Positions 36,836 through 49,341 of a stretch of 64,000 nt of DNA are shown here, piece by piece. Under the pieces are notes generated by a model. That model did no database searches. It was not told the DNA's origin and worked only from the letters and a program-made list of their open reading frames with translations. The first letter of the stretch is position 1, and each line of letters starts with the position of its first letter. This DNA is from Convolutriloba macropyga (lineage: Eukaryota), in contig NC_134468.1 in the NCBI RefSeq assembly GCF_964194025.1, positions 77,438,001-77,502,000 of the forward strand, given 5' to 3'. The position numbers and the translations under genes are program-made.

Positions 36836-37006
36836 GGGCGCTTTTCTGTTTGTTCCCCCTACGTTATGCACCTAGTACGTTATGCCCCCCAGTTACTGAG
36901 CACGTGGTATTGCATAGTAAATCATCATGTAAAAATAATGCACGTGCGTCGGGCGGTGCAAATAATATGCGCCCACTATGCTGAGGGGCACAAACGGAAA
37001 AGATCC
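36836..37006. mobile_element. MITE (GGATCT-type TIR), left end degenerate; preceded by a ~155-bp local duplication (~36620-36890)
   Basis: CTTTTCTGTTTGTTCCCC ... GGGGCACAAACGGAAAAGATCC. Confidence 0.7.
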
Positions 37007-37035
37007 AGGAGCCCAAATGGAAAAGAGCAGTTTTT

Positions 37036-37192
37036 GGATCTGTTCCGTTTGTGCCCCTCAGCTTAGTGGGCGGATATTATTTGCACTCCCCAGACGAAGG
37101 TGCAATATTTTTGCATAATGATTTCCGATGCAATGGAACGTGCTTTGCAACGGGGGAGCATAGGGGGGCGGGGGCACAAACGGAAAAGATCG
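37036..37192. mobile_element. MITE with 8-bp TSD (Merlin-like), inverted relative to the neighbouring copy
   Basis: TIRs GGATCTGTTCCGTTTGTGCCCC / GGGGCACAAACGGAAAAGATCG, flanked by CAGTTTTT on both sides (37028-37035, 37193-37200). Confidence 0.85.
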
Positions 37193-37575
37193 CAGTTTTT
37201 TGTGGCAACTTCTCACCTTACTGTTTTGACTTTGTCCTTAACTTCTTGATTTTGCGTGATCTGATATGTTCTCCAATTTTAAGTGGCTGAACTCAGACAA
37301 AAATAGTAGTTTAAGTCAAATAAAAGTTCGGCCCAAATCTGTGTCAGTTTTTTAATCTTCAGAGGTGTCTATACTAATCTATAGTGAGGTAATTTGAAAC
37401 GCTTACTGATCTTATTGCCTCACCCACCCCCACAGACTACCTCATCCACCCCGGATTGAAGCGTTCTTCACAATTGACCGCTTAAGTTTTTGAAATTGAT
37501 TTGAAACAATCATCGGAAAACTGTTGAGGGTCTAGCTGTTTTTGTTTTAAATCTTTAGGCGTCAAAGTATTATCG

Positions 37576-37743
37576 GGATCTATTCTATTTTGCCCCCACA
37601 GTGTTTTTTATGACCCCCAGTTACAAATATGTTTTTATATAGCGCGCTACTATGTAAGAAAATAGCACGTGCGCCTGGGGGTCATAAAATATTTATGATC
37701 ACTAAGCTGGGGGGGGGGGGGGGGGGGGGGGCAGAATAGATCC
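37576..37743. mobile_element. Related MITE with 8-bp TSD (Merlin-like)
   Basis: TIRs GGATCTATTCT / AGAATAGATCC; flanks TATTATCG / GATTATCG; internal sequence similar to the 36.8-37.2 kb copies. Confidence 0.8.
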
Positions 37744-39442
37744 GATTATCGTTTGGCCATTATGATGGTTTCAAGTGCACGTTTGCCACTATGAATTTTC
37801 TGAGCAGGAGAGTTGATATAGAACAAGAAAACAGACGAGTATAAATAGGAAGTTTTTTATTACTGCACATATATAAATTTTAAGGAGCCAAAACGACTAA
37901 ATTCGGAAACTTGTCAGTGCAAGTGACTCCCGAATTTGTTATTAAAAATTATTAACTTAAATGTTCTTGACTGGGTTTTTAACATCTTATAATCAAATCT
38001 ACTTATCTTCCTTCTTTTTGTGATTTCCTTAATTAGAAATCTTTTGAAAATAGTTATTACTATCATGTCAGATTCACTTCAACTGTGTATGACGTCACTG
38101 CGTGTTTTGTTAGTGTTCTTTTAGTTTTAAGCTTGTCCGTGAAGGGAATTATTGACTATTTCTGTCGGGTTAAGATCAAGATAAAATATGTATGACTCAT
38201 ACGTGTGTGTTAGGTACCGGAGGATACGGTCTGGTTTTGGAAGATGAAGGAGCGAGTGAATTCATTGGTGGAAGGAATGTTTGAGACACTTCCACCTGCC
38301 TCCAGAAGCACAATCAATTCCACCAACAACCCAGTCCGACTCAGACTCAACAAGTTAGAAACTACAATTTGCTACTTCTACCTATCGAGGAAGCAAGCCT
38401 TTTTTTCTAACTTATCTACATTTTGACTTCTGCAGTAGGCATGCAAAACGAGATCATCCAGATGTGTTAAATTTTTATCTAACGTTAAGACCACCTATAT
38501 ACAACGTTTAACAGTACTCTAACAAACCAGTACATAACTCTATTGGCACTCTAATGACCCTGCCGTCCTCTACGAGGAGTACTCGAAGAGTACAAAAAAG
38601 AAAAAATTGTGCTTCAAAACTTGGTCACTTTAGTGAGGAGTATAAAGCTTGACAATGTGAACTTGACATTTTGAGTAATGATTTTCGTGGAGGTTTGCTT
38701 CTCAGTTCTTCGCGATAAAAAAAATAGGGGATTTTATATGTATTATCAGTGACGACTGAATATAGCTATTTTGCAAGGAGAGCATTTTGCGTATTAAAGA
38801 TTACTTTCAAAGTGCAAATTTAAAAAGCAAATGAACACGTTTTTTTAGTTCCTAAAATGTTTGATCTGCTAGAAAATTTCTATTTTATGTAGTATATTTT
38901 GATTTTGTACAGTTCTGAAGAACAAGAGCAGCTTTTTTTAGTCTTAAGTTGCTTTTGGTGTCTTAAGTTAGTCGTGACCTGATGTTTTTCAAATCCAGAA
39001 TCTAAGTTCTATTCAAGAGTTAGATATTTTCAGGATTCGCTTGTCTGTACATACAAAAATGTTCGTCTTGTCACTGTCTTTTTAATTGAATACAAACTGA
39101 TCACGCTTTGATACTTCTCTTATAATAAAAGTAGAGATTTGGAAATGGCTTTCTGGTTTTCAGTGCTGTGAAACTCTGGATTTGAAAAATTCATAGTTTA
39201 GCAGAGCAGTGTTCTTCAACTGTTTTCCTCAGAAGTTATCAAAGTTTGTTAACAAAACCTTATTAACAAACCTAATTAACAAAATTGCACCCGACGAATA
39301 CGAAAGTCTGAAGTAGTTGTGAATTTATATTTTTTGATTAGACTACCTTTCCCATCAGGGTGTATCAGGAGTGGCGGAAAAAGTTTCATCGGCTACACTG
39401 TGGTCTAAGTTATGTAGCTGTTGTAGTCTCAACAAGAACTGA

Positions 39443-39875
39443 TTTTTAATTGATCTCAAACAAAGTTTGTAGCAATTATATTAGTCCTGTTGGTCTTTTT
39501 AATGCGATCTTTCGCTTGACGGATTTTTCGTCTGACCCATTTGGCTTTTCGTCTTCAAAATCCGGATAACAGGTAGCGCCCAGAGGGCATTCAGTTCTCT
39601 TAGAGCTTTTCAGCTCACCAGTCTCAAATTATGCGATTCACAGAAATTGTTTTTTAGACTTATAAACTTATACTTATGGTGTGAAGGGCGATTCTTAGAG
39701 GTTGACCCCCCCCCCAACAACCCCCCTCCCGGTGCACGCCCGCCCGCTACGCTCAACTCACACCCCTTCAATTAAGTTAGAGCTGGCCTCAATAAACCGT
39801 AGCTAGCTAATGACAAGTCAACCGCTCGCCGGTCGTTTGAGAGCAATTCGCTGCGACGTTAGGCGGTTATGTTTT
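39443..39875 (+). mobile_element. Helentron-type non-autonomous element (HINE/DINE-1-like)
   Basis: T-run + AATTGATCTCAAAC ... CGTTTGAGAGCAATT + degenerate hairpin + TTATGTTTT. Confidence 0.75.
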
Positions 39876-40171
39876 AAAACGTTACATCTCCCTCTCGAAG
39901 TTATTCAACCAGTCAGTTTCGGTTGCATGATGCTAATAAAAACTATATGGTAGCACTCGTACTAACTTTTGTATTAATGTAAAATAAAACTAGTTTTGAG
40001 ATATCTCGAAATAAGAATTATATTGGCCGTAGTTCACTTAAACATAGTTTTTGCTATGCAATGGCGGCTAAGGTTTGACCACTTGCCGGACAAAATAACA
40101 CCTATGTGGCGTCTAGTTTTTTATGTGAATCTAAGCCAACAACACGACTTGGAAAAGCCGCTAAAATATAG

Positions 40172-40430
40172 ATTGCTCTCAAACGGAGTTTGTAGCAATT
40201 GTATTAGTCCTGTTGGTCTTTTTAATGCGATTTTTCGCTTGACAAATTTTTCGTCTGACCCGTTTGACTTTTCGCCCTCAAAAACGGGATAAAAAGGTGC
40301 CCATCTTAGAGCCTTTCAGCTCGTTAGTCTCAAGTATGAGAAGGGCGGTTCTTAGAAATTGAGCCCCCCGCCCCCCGGTGCACCCCCACCATTTTGAGAG
40401 CAATTTGCCCGACGTTAGTCGGTTATGTTT
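40172..40430 (+). mobile_element. Helentron-type non-autonomous element, internally deleted copy
   Basis: ATTGCTCTCAAACG ... TTTGAGAGCAATT, hairpin CCGAC-GTTA-GTCGG, then TTATGTTT. Confidence 0.75.
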
Positions 40431-41708
40431 ATTGATCCATGAAACTATCAGAATAAAGACAAAATTTTTTCCCATACTGATTTGCTAACTTTGTTTTAGG
40501 TTAAAACACGTTCGTAGAACCATTCAGAATAAGTAAATTTTCCCAATGCTTATTTTCTGTCTAAAGCGACTACATTAATACATACCCGCTTGTCTATTGC
40601 TATTTATACGTTTCATAATAATGCAAGTCCGCTTATCGCGATAACAACAGTTGCATAACTGATCGTTTAAATAACTTGTCTGAAACAGTTTGGAAACTGC
40701 TCTGGGATTGGACGAATGTTTTCTCCCACTTGCTTTATGAAGAAGAGTGGCGAGAATTTAATTCGGGAAAAAGTTCACAGTGGCGAAAGTTATTGCAGAA
40801 ATGATTAAAAACATTACCACTAGGTTGTTTTCACTTTTTATCATCACAATGTTATCTCATGATCGTTTTTGATATAAATGTGTTTTGCCATTTCAATTAA
40901 AATTTCACCAGCTATCTTCTAGTTGACAAAAATGTGTGAAAATTTGGGTTTAGTGGGGACGGAACATTATGTACATCCGTGCCTTAACGAGACCCATTGT
41001 TGGATCTACTCTCAGATTTTTGAATTGGTGGAATTGGAGTTCATTAATTACAATCAACAAATGCCTTTAATACTTGATATTAGTTCATACAATAGTTATG
41101 ATGCTGACCTTATTTGAAGATATGGCAGATTGTTTGAAGATATGGCAAAAAGTAAATCTGAGTCATTGCAATCGAAAACCGTTTGGTTTTTTCCAGGTTG
41201 ACCCTCAACAAGTAAGACGTCAATTAATCTACGGTAGTTTGAATAAAGCGGCGAGTATAGTTGTTGGTAATAGTTAATCATCTTTCATTTTCATTTAGAG
41301 TCCTGGTATTTGTAGATCATAAATGTCATTACCGGTATCAAAGTGAAAGGGGCTAAGTTGTAGCCCGGGGGTAGTGTTAGTGGTCTATGCATTGCATTGC
41401 AGGCAACTTGTAGATAGCACGATAGAAACAGAAGTTTTTCCTCACCGGAACAAAGATTCCAGCTCTTATTAAGCTAAAGTTAACGCTGCAATATTGCCAG
41501 TTTTTTTACTTCGCCTGACTGACATGAGTTTTTAAGTCCTCATTTTGTTTTACTCGCTTGAAAGGGAAACACACGCGCTTGAAGCTTCTCGTGACCACGT
41601 TTGAAGTATTGTTGTGGCCTTGTGGGATCTCGTGTATGTGATGTATGCATACCCTCTCTTGTCTTAAACTGTTTTCAAACATTGAATGAGAAATGCTTTC
41701 TGTTGTAG

Positions 41709-42834
41709 CACGGATGATCAAATGCAACCATCAGTGTTGTTCGCATTGGCCCAACTTCTGAAAGCCAAAGCGACCCAACCTATTTGGATTCCGACAGAGA
41801 TCGAGTTTCTCTGGATCAAGTTCGCCTGGTTCATCAACGCTGTCCTGGAGATTCCAGGCGTATGCACAAATCTCACTGCCCTGCATTTTTGGGGCTGTAG
41901 ATTTATCAAGAATCCTGATTCGGTTGGTGTCTTGCAATCCTGCTCGAACTTACGACACATCTCACTTCAATACTGTGGACTGAGTAAATTGTCAGAAGTT
42001 CAGATCGAGGAAGTCTTTAGAAGATTGCCTTCAACATTGGAAACTCTCGATTTGTCGAGAAACAACGCGGTCTTAAAAGCCACCCATTTTGATGCACTGA
42101 AACAGCTTAATTGCTTGCGGAGTGTCATATTGTTTGGAAACACTCTTCGACCGTACGACATCATTAAAATGTTACCCCAGAGAGTCGAAACCCTGTCATT
42201 GGCTAAAACAGACTTTGACAGCTCTAGTAACTTTAACTTTTCGGAAACGTTTCCACATCTGCGCAACCTCAATTTGAGTTGGAACAAAATTACGCCGGCC
42301 CAATTTATGGAAAAGCTCTCTCCATCTTTGGAGCAATTGAGCTTGCAGAGAAATTATTTCAGTCTGAAAGACTCAAACGTAAAGTTTTTCAACTTCAGCT
42401 ATTTGCACAATCTTCAAGTACTGAGTCTAGCTGACATGAAACTTGGAAATGGGATCTTGGAGCTGCCGGAAACCATATTTCCCCAAGGATTGCTAGAGTT
42501 GGACCTTTCTGGTTCCGATTTTACAATGGACGAGACGCAGACGAATGAGTTGTTCTCGAAAATACCAACAGCTGTTCAGCACTTGGATGTTTCTTCAAAC
42601 GTTCTCAAATTTGGCTCTAAATTGTCTTCTCTGTCGCGTCTATCCAACCTTCTATCTCTTGATGTTCGCGATGTGAACAACATGTTTGACAAACACGTCA
42701 TCAATTTGGTCACCCAACTTCAACCCACAATAGCATGCAGTGATGAACGAAAATTGGCGCTAAAGTTACCCAAATATTGTCAGAAATTTGAGGAAAATAT
42801 TCCCAAAACTGAAATTGAAATCACCTATTCTTAA
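41709..42834 (+). CDS. Leucine-rich-repeat exon, most likely the last exon of the same NLR
   Basis: Repeats such as LETLDLSRN, LRNLNLSWNKI, LEQLSLQRN, LQVLSLADM and LELDLSGS; acceptor TTTCTGTTGTAG at 41708. Its phase differs from the 34517 donor, so intervening small exons are required (candidates at 40.7-41.63 kb). Confidence 0.85.
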
Positions 42835-44299
42835 GTCATTTTTATGTATAATTGCATAAGCAATATGAGGGTTATTTTTCACTGGCTGTGCTTTTTGATA
42901 ATTTCGAATAATTTTAATGTACATGCTTAGTAGATTAGCTGTTGCAAATTAAATGTTTTCATAATTCCTCTTTTTCGTTATGGCGTTGGCAATGAGATAT
43001 CTATAGAATCAGGCATTGTTTGTCTTAGGTTCTGGGATTTGTGCTAAACGTCAGCATAATATTTTAAAGGAATTCGCTGTCGGAACGGCTGATATTGTTC
43101 GTTCTTAAAACTTAACAAGGCGGCTCGTTAATGTGCGTTCGCACATGATGTTCCGACCCGAGCTCATCTACATTTTTGACTAAAATGTCAACCAAATCAA
43201 GAGATAACAAAAATAGATGTTTGAGTTTAAAACAATCGTTACACATTCTATCTACTAATTGAATTACTAATGCCATGCTTCATTACAGCACCAACGTGAC
43301 CTGACATTGAAGAGACTAGAAAAAAAATAGCACCAACAAAATTTTGGCGGCAAAAAATGAATATCTAAATTTAAAAGCACCTGGTAACAACGTCAAAATG
43401 CAGTCAGATAAAACCTTAACTACACAAGTTTACCTTTTACTAACTATACAGCAGATGAAAAGTTTTCTTAACGAGACTAGGTAACAAGCCGACAAAAAGA
43501 ACGAACAGTGAGGCGAAACTTAAAAATTAATCAACATTTTTTGCACCAAGAAAATTCAAAAATCTTAAAAAACATTGGTTTTTAATAAAAAAATCCTTGA
43601 TAAATTACTAAAAAGTCATTACAAAACCAAAAGCACCCGTCTGTGGTCAGACTATGCCATAGAAACAAACTAAAGAGAAACTCAAAAAATTACAAACGAT
43701 TTGCGAAAACACAAACCTTTGCTACCATTAAAATCAATACCTATCATCTGAATATGTATTTTTAATTCAGTTGTTATTTCTGCTATTTCAGTTGAAGGAT
43801 TTATACTGAAAGATTAAATAAGTTTACTTGGGCCACATTTAAAAACCATTGGGATCTGTTATTACGCGATTGTTCTGAAGGAAGAGAAAAAGAAACGCAA
43901 AAAATGGCCATTCAATAAACGTTCAGAAAAACGAAACAACAGTGGCACATAATATCAATATATATGTTATTTCTTGAAATACACGAAATTCGATGGGACA
44001 TCTGATTGATGAATAGAAGTTAAATTTGACGAAAGGAACCTATTCGCTATATACTGAATGTTTCGAGCAACATCATTCATTCAGTCCTCAATTACAAGCC
44101 TATGAGATCTGTGAGCAATTTACGGCTACCTAAAGAACAAAAACAGCGAATTCAGGAAAAAAAATTGAGCGACAAAAGGGTCGAAGGCATTAAAAAAATG
44201 AACTTTTCACTAAACACTCTTCAATTTTAAATTAATTTTTCAGGAGCAATGGGAAAACCTTTTTTATCAATATAATTTCAAAAAATCAACAAATATAAA

Positions 44300-45950
44300 C
44301 AAATACATTAGACGCACGAAAATTGCGGGAAAACACGTATTATCAACGCCATTAAATTCATTAGCCTTCAACGGAAGCCAGTATATACAATAAATGATGC
44401 CTCGAGGGGACAATAAGTTTTTTTGCCAATCGTATTTCATCAATAAGACCTTACAACAAGTTAATGACTATGAAAACAACAACAGAGAGAGGCAAAAACC
44501 ACAAATTCAGTAGAAAAGTGCCTGAAGAAAATGTCGAAGCAACTCAAATCATAAGCTCTTCCCTGAAAACTTTATTTATGATCCGTTGAACTTCTTCCCT
44601 AAACCAATAGGGACTCTCAGCAGTAAGATGATGTGATAAGATTTCAAAAGGATCGAAAAACAAAATAAAGTACCCAAAAAAAATATGAATTCTCGTGGCA
44701 TTGATGTTTTAAAACTAATAGGTAGAAGATAAAACCGCTAACCAGATTAATTTTGGCTATAGTAGAACGGAAATGGATTCTGTTAGAACCAACAATGACC
44801 AAGAGTATTCACGAAAAAAAATTAGGAATGGTTGAATTTCAAAAAAGTTTCGAAAAATTATTTTTAAACCCTTAACAGCCAGTAAACTCAATCTTTCATC
44901 GGAGCTCAATGACGATGCTCAGATATAACCCATAGGGAGGAAAATGATGTCTGTCATGCATAGATAGTTAAAAAGACATCACAATAAGTCTTATGACAGA
45001 AAACAATAACAAAAACAGCAAAAACTAAAATTCAGTAGAAAAATGCGAGAAGAAAGTGTCGAAGACAATTAAACCATTAGCTATTCTCTGAAAACTTTCT
45101 CTGTGATCCACTGAACGTCCTCTCTAAGCCAATTGGATTACAATAATCTTTGGATAATGTGATAAAGAGTTCAAAAGTGACCAATAATTCAAAAAATCCA
45201 AAAAAAAAATTTAAAAAAATTGAAATCTTTGTCATTGAAGTCATATAACCAATAGCTAGAAGATAAAACAGCTAAACAGAATATTTTTAGTCGCAGTAAA
45301 AAGCAAGTGGGTCCAGTCAATACTGAAACTCACTAACAGTTCAAGAAAAATTTAGGAATTGTTATTGTTCAAATAAAATTTTCGAAAAATGATTTTTATT
45401 TTAACAGACATTAAATTCAATAGCTTTCAACGGAAGTCAATAAAAACGCTCAAAGATGCCCCGGTGGCAGTACATTTATGTTTGTCATGCATAGGTATTC
45501 ATTATGAGATCACAGTAAGTATAATGACTATTAAAACAACAAAAAAAAACAGGAGAAAACCAAAAAATCAGTAGAAAAGTGCAAGAAGAACGTGTCGAAG
45601 CCATTTAAACCATAAATTTTTGTTTAAAATTTTTATTGGTCATCCACAGAACATCGTTTTTAAGCTAATGGGAACTGTCAATATTTGGATAATGTGATAA
45701 GATTTCAAAAGTAACCAATAATACGTAAAAATCCAAAAAAAATTTTAAAAAATTGAAATTTTTTGTCATTGAAGTCATATAACCAATAGATAGAAGATAA
45801 AACCGCTAACCAGTTTAATTTTGGTTGCAGTAGGAAGGAAGAGGGTGCTCTCACCCCTGGACTGACTTACAATTCACTATAATAAGATTATGATTCTTTA
45901 ATATTCAAAAAAAAATTCGAAAAATTATTTTTTAAGTCTTAACAGCCATT
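44300..45950. repeat. Diverged tandem array, ~535-bp unit x ~3
   Basis: TCAGTAGAAAARTGC..GAAGAA..TGTCGAAG at ~44507, ~45032 and ~45567; TAGAAGATAAAAC.GCTAA at ~44723, ~45257 and ~45791. Confidence 0.85.
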
Positions 45951-47221
45951 AGCCGCCCCCTCAATGAAATAGACATGTTCACTTAATGCTCATTATGGAA
46001 CATATTGCACTGTTAGTCAATGAATCCCTACCATAGGACTCCAAAAAAAATAGTAAAACTTCAAAAAGAAATTCAAAATTTCATTCAAAATTACGAAAAC
46101 TCAGAATCGAAGCCAAAAAAAAACATGAGCAATTCCTTGAAAACGACGTTTTTTGTTCATTGCGCTTCATTCGACTATAAAGGAGTTTTTTCATTAATAG
46201 AACGTCGATATAAAATGTGACTTGTCTCTAGGTGACTTAAAAAAGCAAAAAAGAGAAAAGTTTTATTAAAAAAAGGGCTCTCAATTAGAGTTCGATTTTT
46301 TTTTGATAGTGAACTTCCCTATGAGACCAGAACTAGTCTTTCTATCGCCTTGCATTCAACTTTTACGAACTCAAAATTTATTCTTTTTATAGAAATTTGA
46401 ATTAATGTTTTCGTAAAAAAGATCTTAGTTTGAAGAAAATTGTACTAAAAGTGAACAATCATGCTAAAGATCCCATTGTTCACACAAAACTTCAATCCTC
46501 GATAACTCCTCGAAAAAAACGAAATTCAAAAAAATCTTTTTACTTTTGAATTCTACGCTGGACCAGCTTTTTAATGATACCACTCACATTTCTCTACGAC
46601 GAATATATCGATCGGCCAAAATTCACTGAACAAAAAAAAAAAAAACCCATTTGAGTATATAGTTCCTTCCCCCACAAGTGGGGTCGGAACAAATATATTG
46701 CTTGTTTCGTTATCCCCTCCTGTACGTGGGGAATAAAACATGTAAGCCTCTAATGCCAAGAAATTGCACAATAGGGATCATAATTTAATGGAGGTAAAAC
46801 AATAAATTCCTATACCTTTTCCCCGTAGTGAAATAGGATTAGCTACTACTGATATTATCACGTCTTTATACTGATATTTTTGAATTTTAATGCATTATCC
46901 TCGACTGAAGTTATGCGAGCACCGCTTGCATGCTCTTGCACATGCTTTTCAATGCGAAGTTTCTTTTCATCCTAAGAGAAACCTCAAGTTGACCTCATTG
47001 AGCTAAAAATTCTTTCTTAAAAATATTCATTTGTAGCTTTCTCTTGTCTTAGTACAGCCTCTCAAAATCTCGATATAGATTGATCCATAATCTATTATTC
47101 TGTTATAGTTTTTCTGCTTTTTTAATAGCCGATTGACTAGTCATTTTTTAAAAGAAATACTGAAATAGAAGGAAATGCCTTCCGTATGTTTAATCTAATG
47201 TAGCTCATAAATTGATTGACC

Positions 47222-47678
47222 TTTTTAATTGCTCTCAAACGAAATTTAAAGCAATTATATTAGATTATATTAGTTCTGTTGATCTTTTTTAATGCAATTT
47301 TTCGCTCGACCGAGTTTTCTCCGACTCATTAGACGTTTTGACCCCAAAAACGGGATAAACAGGTAGCGCCCGGCGGGGATTAAGTTCTCTTAGAGCCTTT
47401 CAGCTCACTAGTCTCCAAGTATGCGATTCACAGAAACTGTTTTGGAGACTTATACTTATGGTGTGAAGGGCGGTTCTCAGAGGTTGCCACCCCCCCCCCC
47501 CCCCTCTTGCCGCCGCCCCCCTCTCATCAGCCTCCTCCCCCCCGCGCTGCGCTCACCTCACGCCCCTTCAATTAAGCTAAAGCTAGCCTCACTAAACCGT
47601 GCCTAGCTACTGATGGAGGAAGCCAGCTGCTCGCCGGTCGCTTGAGAGCAATTCGCCCGATGTTAGTCGGTTATGTTT
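47222..47678 (+). mobile_element. Helentron-type non-autonomous element, full-length-like copy
   Basis: TTTTT-AATTGCTCTCAAACG ... CTTGAGAGCAATT, hairpin CCGATGTTAGTCGG, TTATGTTT; colinear with 39443-39875. Confidence 0.8.
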
Positions 47679-49114
47679 GTAAAGTTTTCCCAATATTATT
47701 CATCTGAAATTTTCAAAGAATGGTGATGATTAAGGACAGAAAATTTTAATTATTCAAAAAATCAAAGCATTTTTTATCAATATAAATTGAGAGGTATAAG
47801 CTTCATTTAAGCTTTAATATAGGCTTCATATTTTTCGATATTCTTGTAAAGAGTCGTTACTCAACAAATACATTGAACTTTTTATACAGCGTTTGGATAT
47901 TCGAATCTAATCAAAATAGGAAAATAGGTTTGCATTCAATCTAATCTCCATTTTGTGTCAAAATAGGAATAACTAAACTTTGAACTGAAAGATTGGAATA
48001 CTTTTTAAAAAGGGGCAGCTTTAATTAATTCCCATAAAGCACTTAATTTAACTTAATTTTGAGGTAGAGAAAATTATTTCTTTTTACAGCTGCCATCAAA
48101 ATAACTTCTTCCTAGAGCCATTAGTTTAGCCTACACTGTTCTCGTCCAATTTTTGGATTACTAATTTAACTTCCAATTTTTTGGGAATGATAAAAAAAAA
48201 TAATTAATTCTTAAATTTTTTGAACTACCTAAATTTGAATTTGATTAACAGTTTACGATATGACAGAAATCTCATTTTACCTGTACGAGGATTTCTTAGC
48301 GCAAATATTTTTAATAGTGAGTATAGTGAAACTGGTCCCAGGAAGCTTGACAGCGTAACATAAAAACCACTGGCAATAGACAGTATTCGCAAAGGTTGTT
48401 TCTTTTTAAATTTTTTGATAATTAATTGAATGTTGAAAATATTGATTTCTTCTTGAAAATACTTGATACTAGTTTTTATTGAAGCAAAGATATGAGGATT
48501 GGTGTCGACGGGTATTGGGATTGGTGTCGATGGGAGGTATGGGGATTGTTGAAGATGGAGTTTTGTTGAGATGTTTTGACTTATCTAGGATTACCTCGGG
48601 AGCAAGCAATTTCTGACCGAATCTATCCTCAACGACTTTGTGACAAGAAAACCGCACGTGAAGAAATCTTTAGATTCAAATAATGAACAGAATTGAATAG
48701 CAGTGGCGGGAATAATTCTGCGTTTCCTAAGATGCAGTTTTTTTAAAGAGGGAGAAAAGTTGAATTTATTTGCGCTGAGATGGAGAGTTTTTTATCTGCA
48801 GAGTTTAAGAATTTTTTTGTTTAACCTAATCTGCATTCTTTTCAGCAAAACTATTACACTATGCTAGAGTATCAATTTCAAGGGTGTTTTAGTGAAGTTT
48901 TTAAATTTGCGTTTTTTCTTCATTTTCAATAACTGGAGATTTTACGCCTTTCATTGGTTTTTAATTTCCCTCGTACGAAGCTTGAAGCAATTATTGTACA
49001 CGTGTTGATCTTTTTTTCAAAATTTGTGTCTGCCAATTTTAACGAGTTTTTCCGGAACATTCTTTGACTTCTCAAGTGATTTTTTCACGCTGCACTTCAT
49101 TTTGGAGTGATCTC

Positions 49115-49341
49115 AATTGCTCTCATTGTTTGTTGCTAATGTGAAAGCGATTGGGCGGCTGAGTTTGCTCGCCGTTGTAGGTTAGTAGGTAAGATGTCAG
49201 GCTGCTATCCTGGAGGTCTCGGGTTCGAACCCCTATGCGGTCGGAGATTTTGAACCCATAAAGAATGTCTAAGCTAAATTACCCCCCCCCCCCCCGCTGT
49301 CGTCCGAGAGCAGTTTATCCGACATTAGTCGGTTTGTGTTT
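49115..49341 (+). mobile_element. Helentron-type element variant whose interior is a tRNA-like sequence
   Basis: AATTGCTCTC at 49115, GAGAGCAGTT plus hairpin CCGAC-ATTA-GTCGG at the 3' end, tRNA-like block between. Confidence 0.6.
49171..49242 (+). pseudogene. tRNA-derived sequence (pseudo-tRNA / SINE head)
   Basis: A-box-like TAGGTTAGTAGG; anticodon arm TCAGG-CTGCTAT-CCTGG; T-arm/B-box GGGTTCGAACCC; imperfect acceptor stem GCCGT/GCGGT. Confidence 0.7.

Noticed and set aside
48469-48720. Minus-strand ORF possibly from a LINE 3' end
   Set aside because: Too degenerate; no diagnostic motif.
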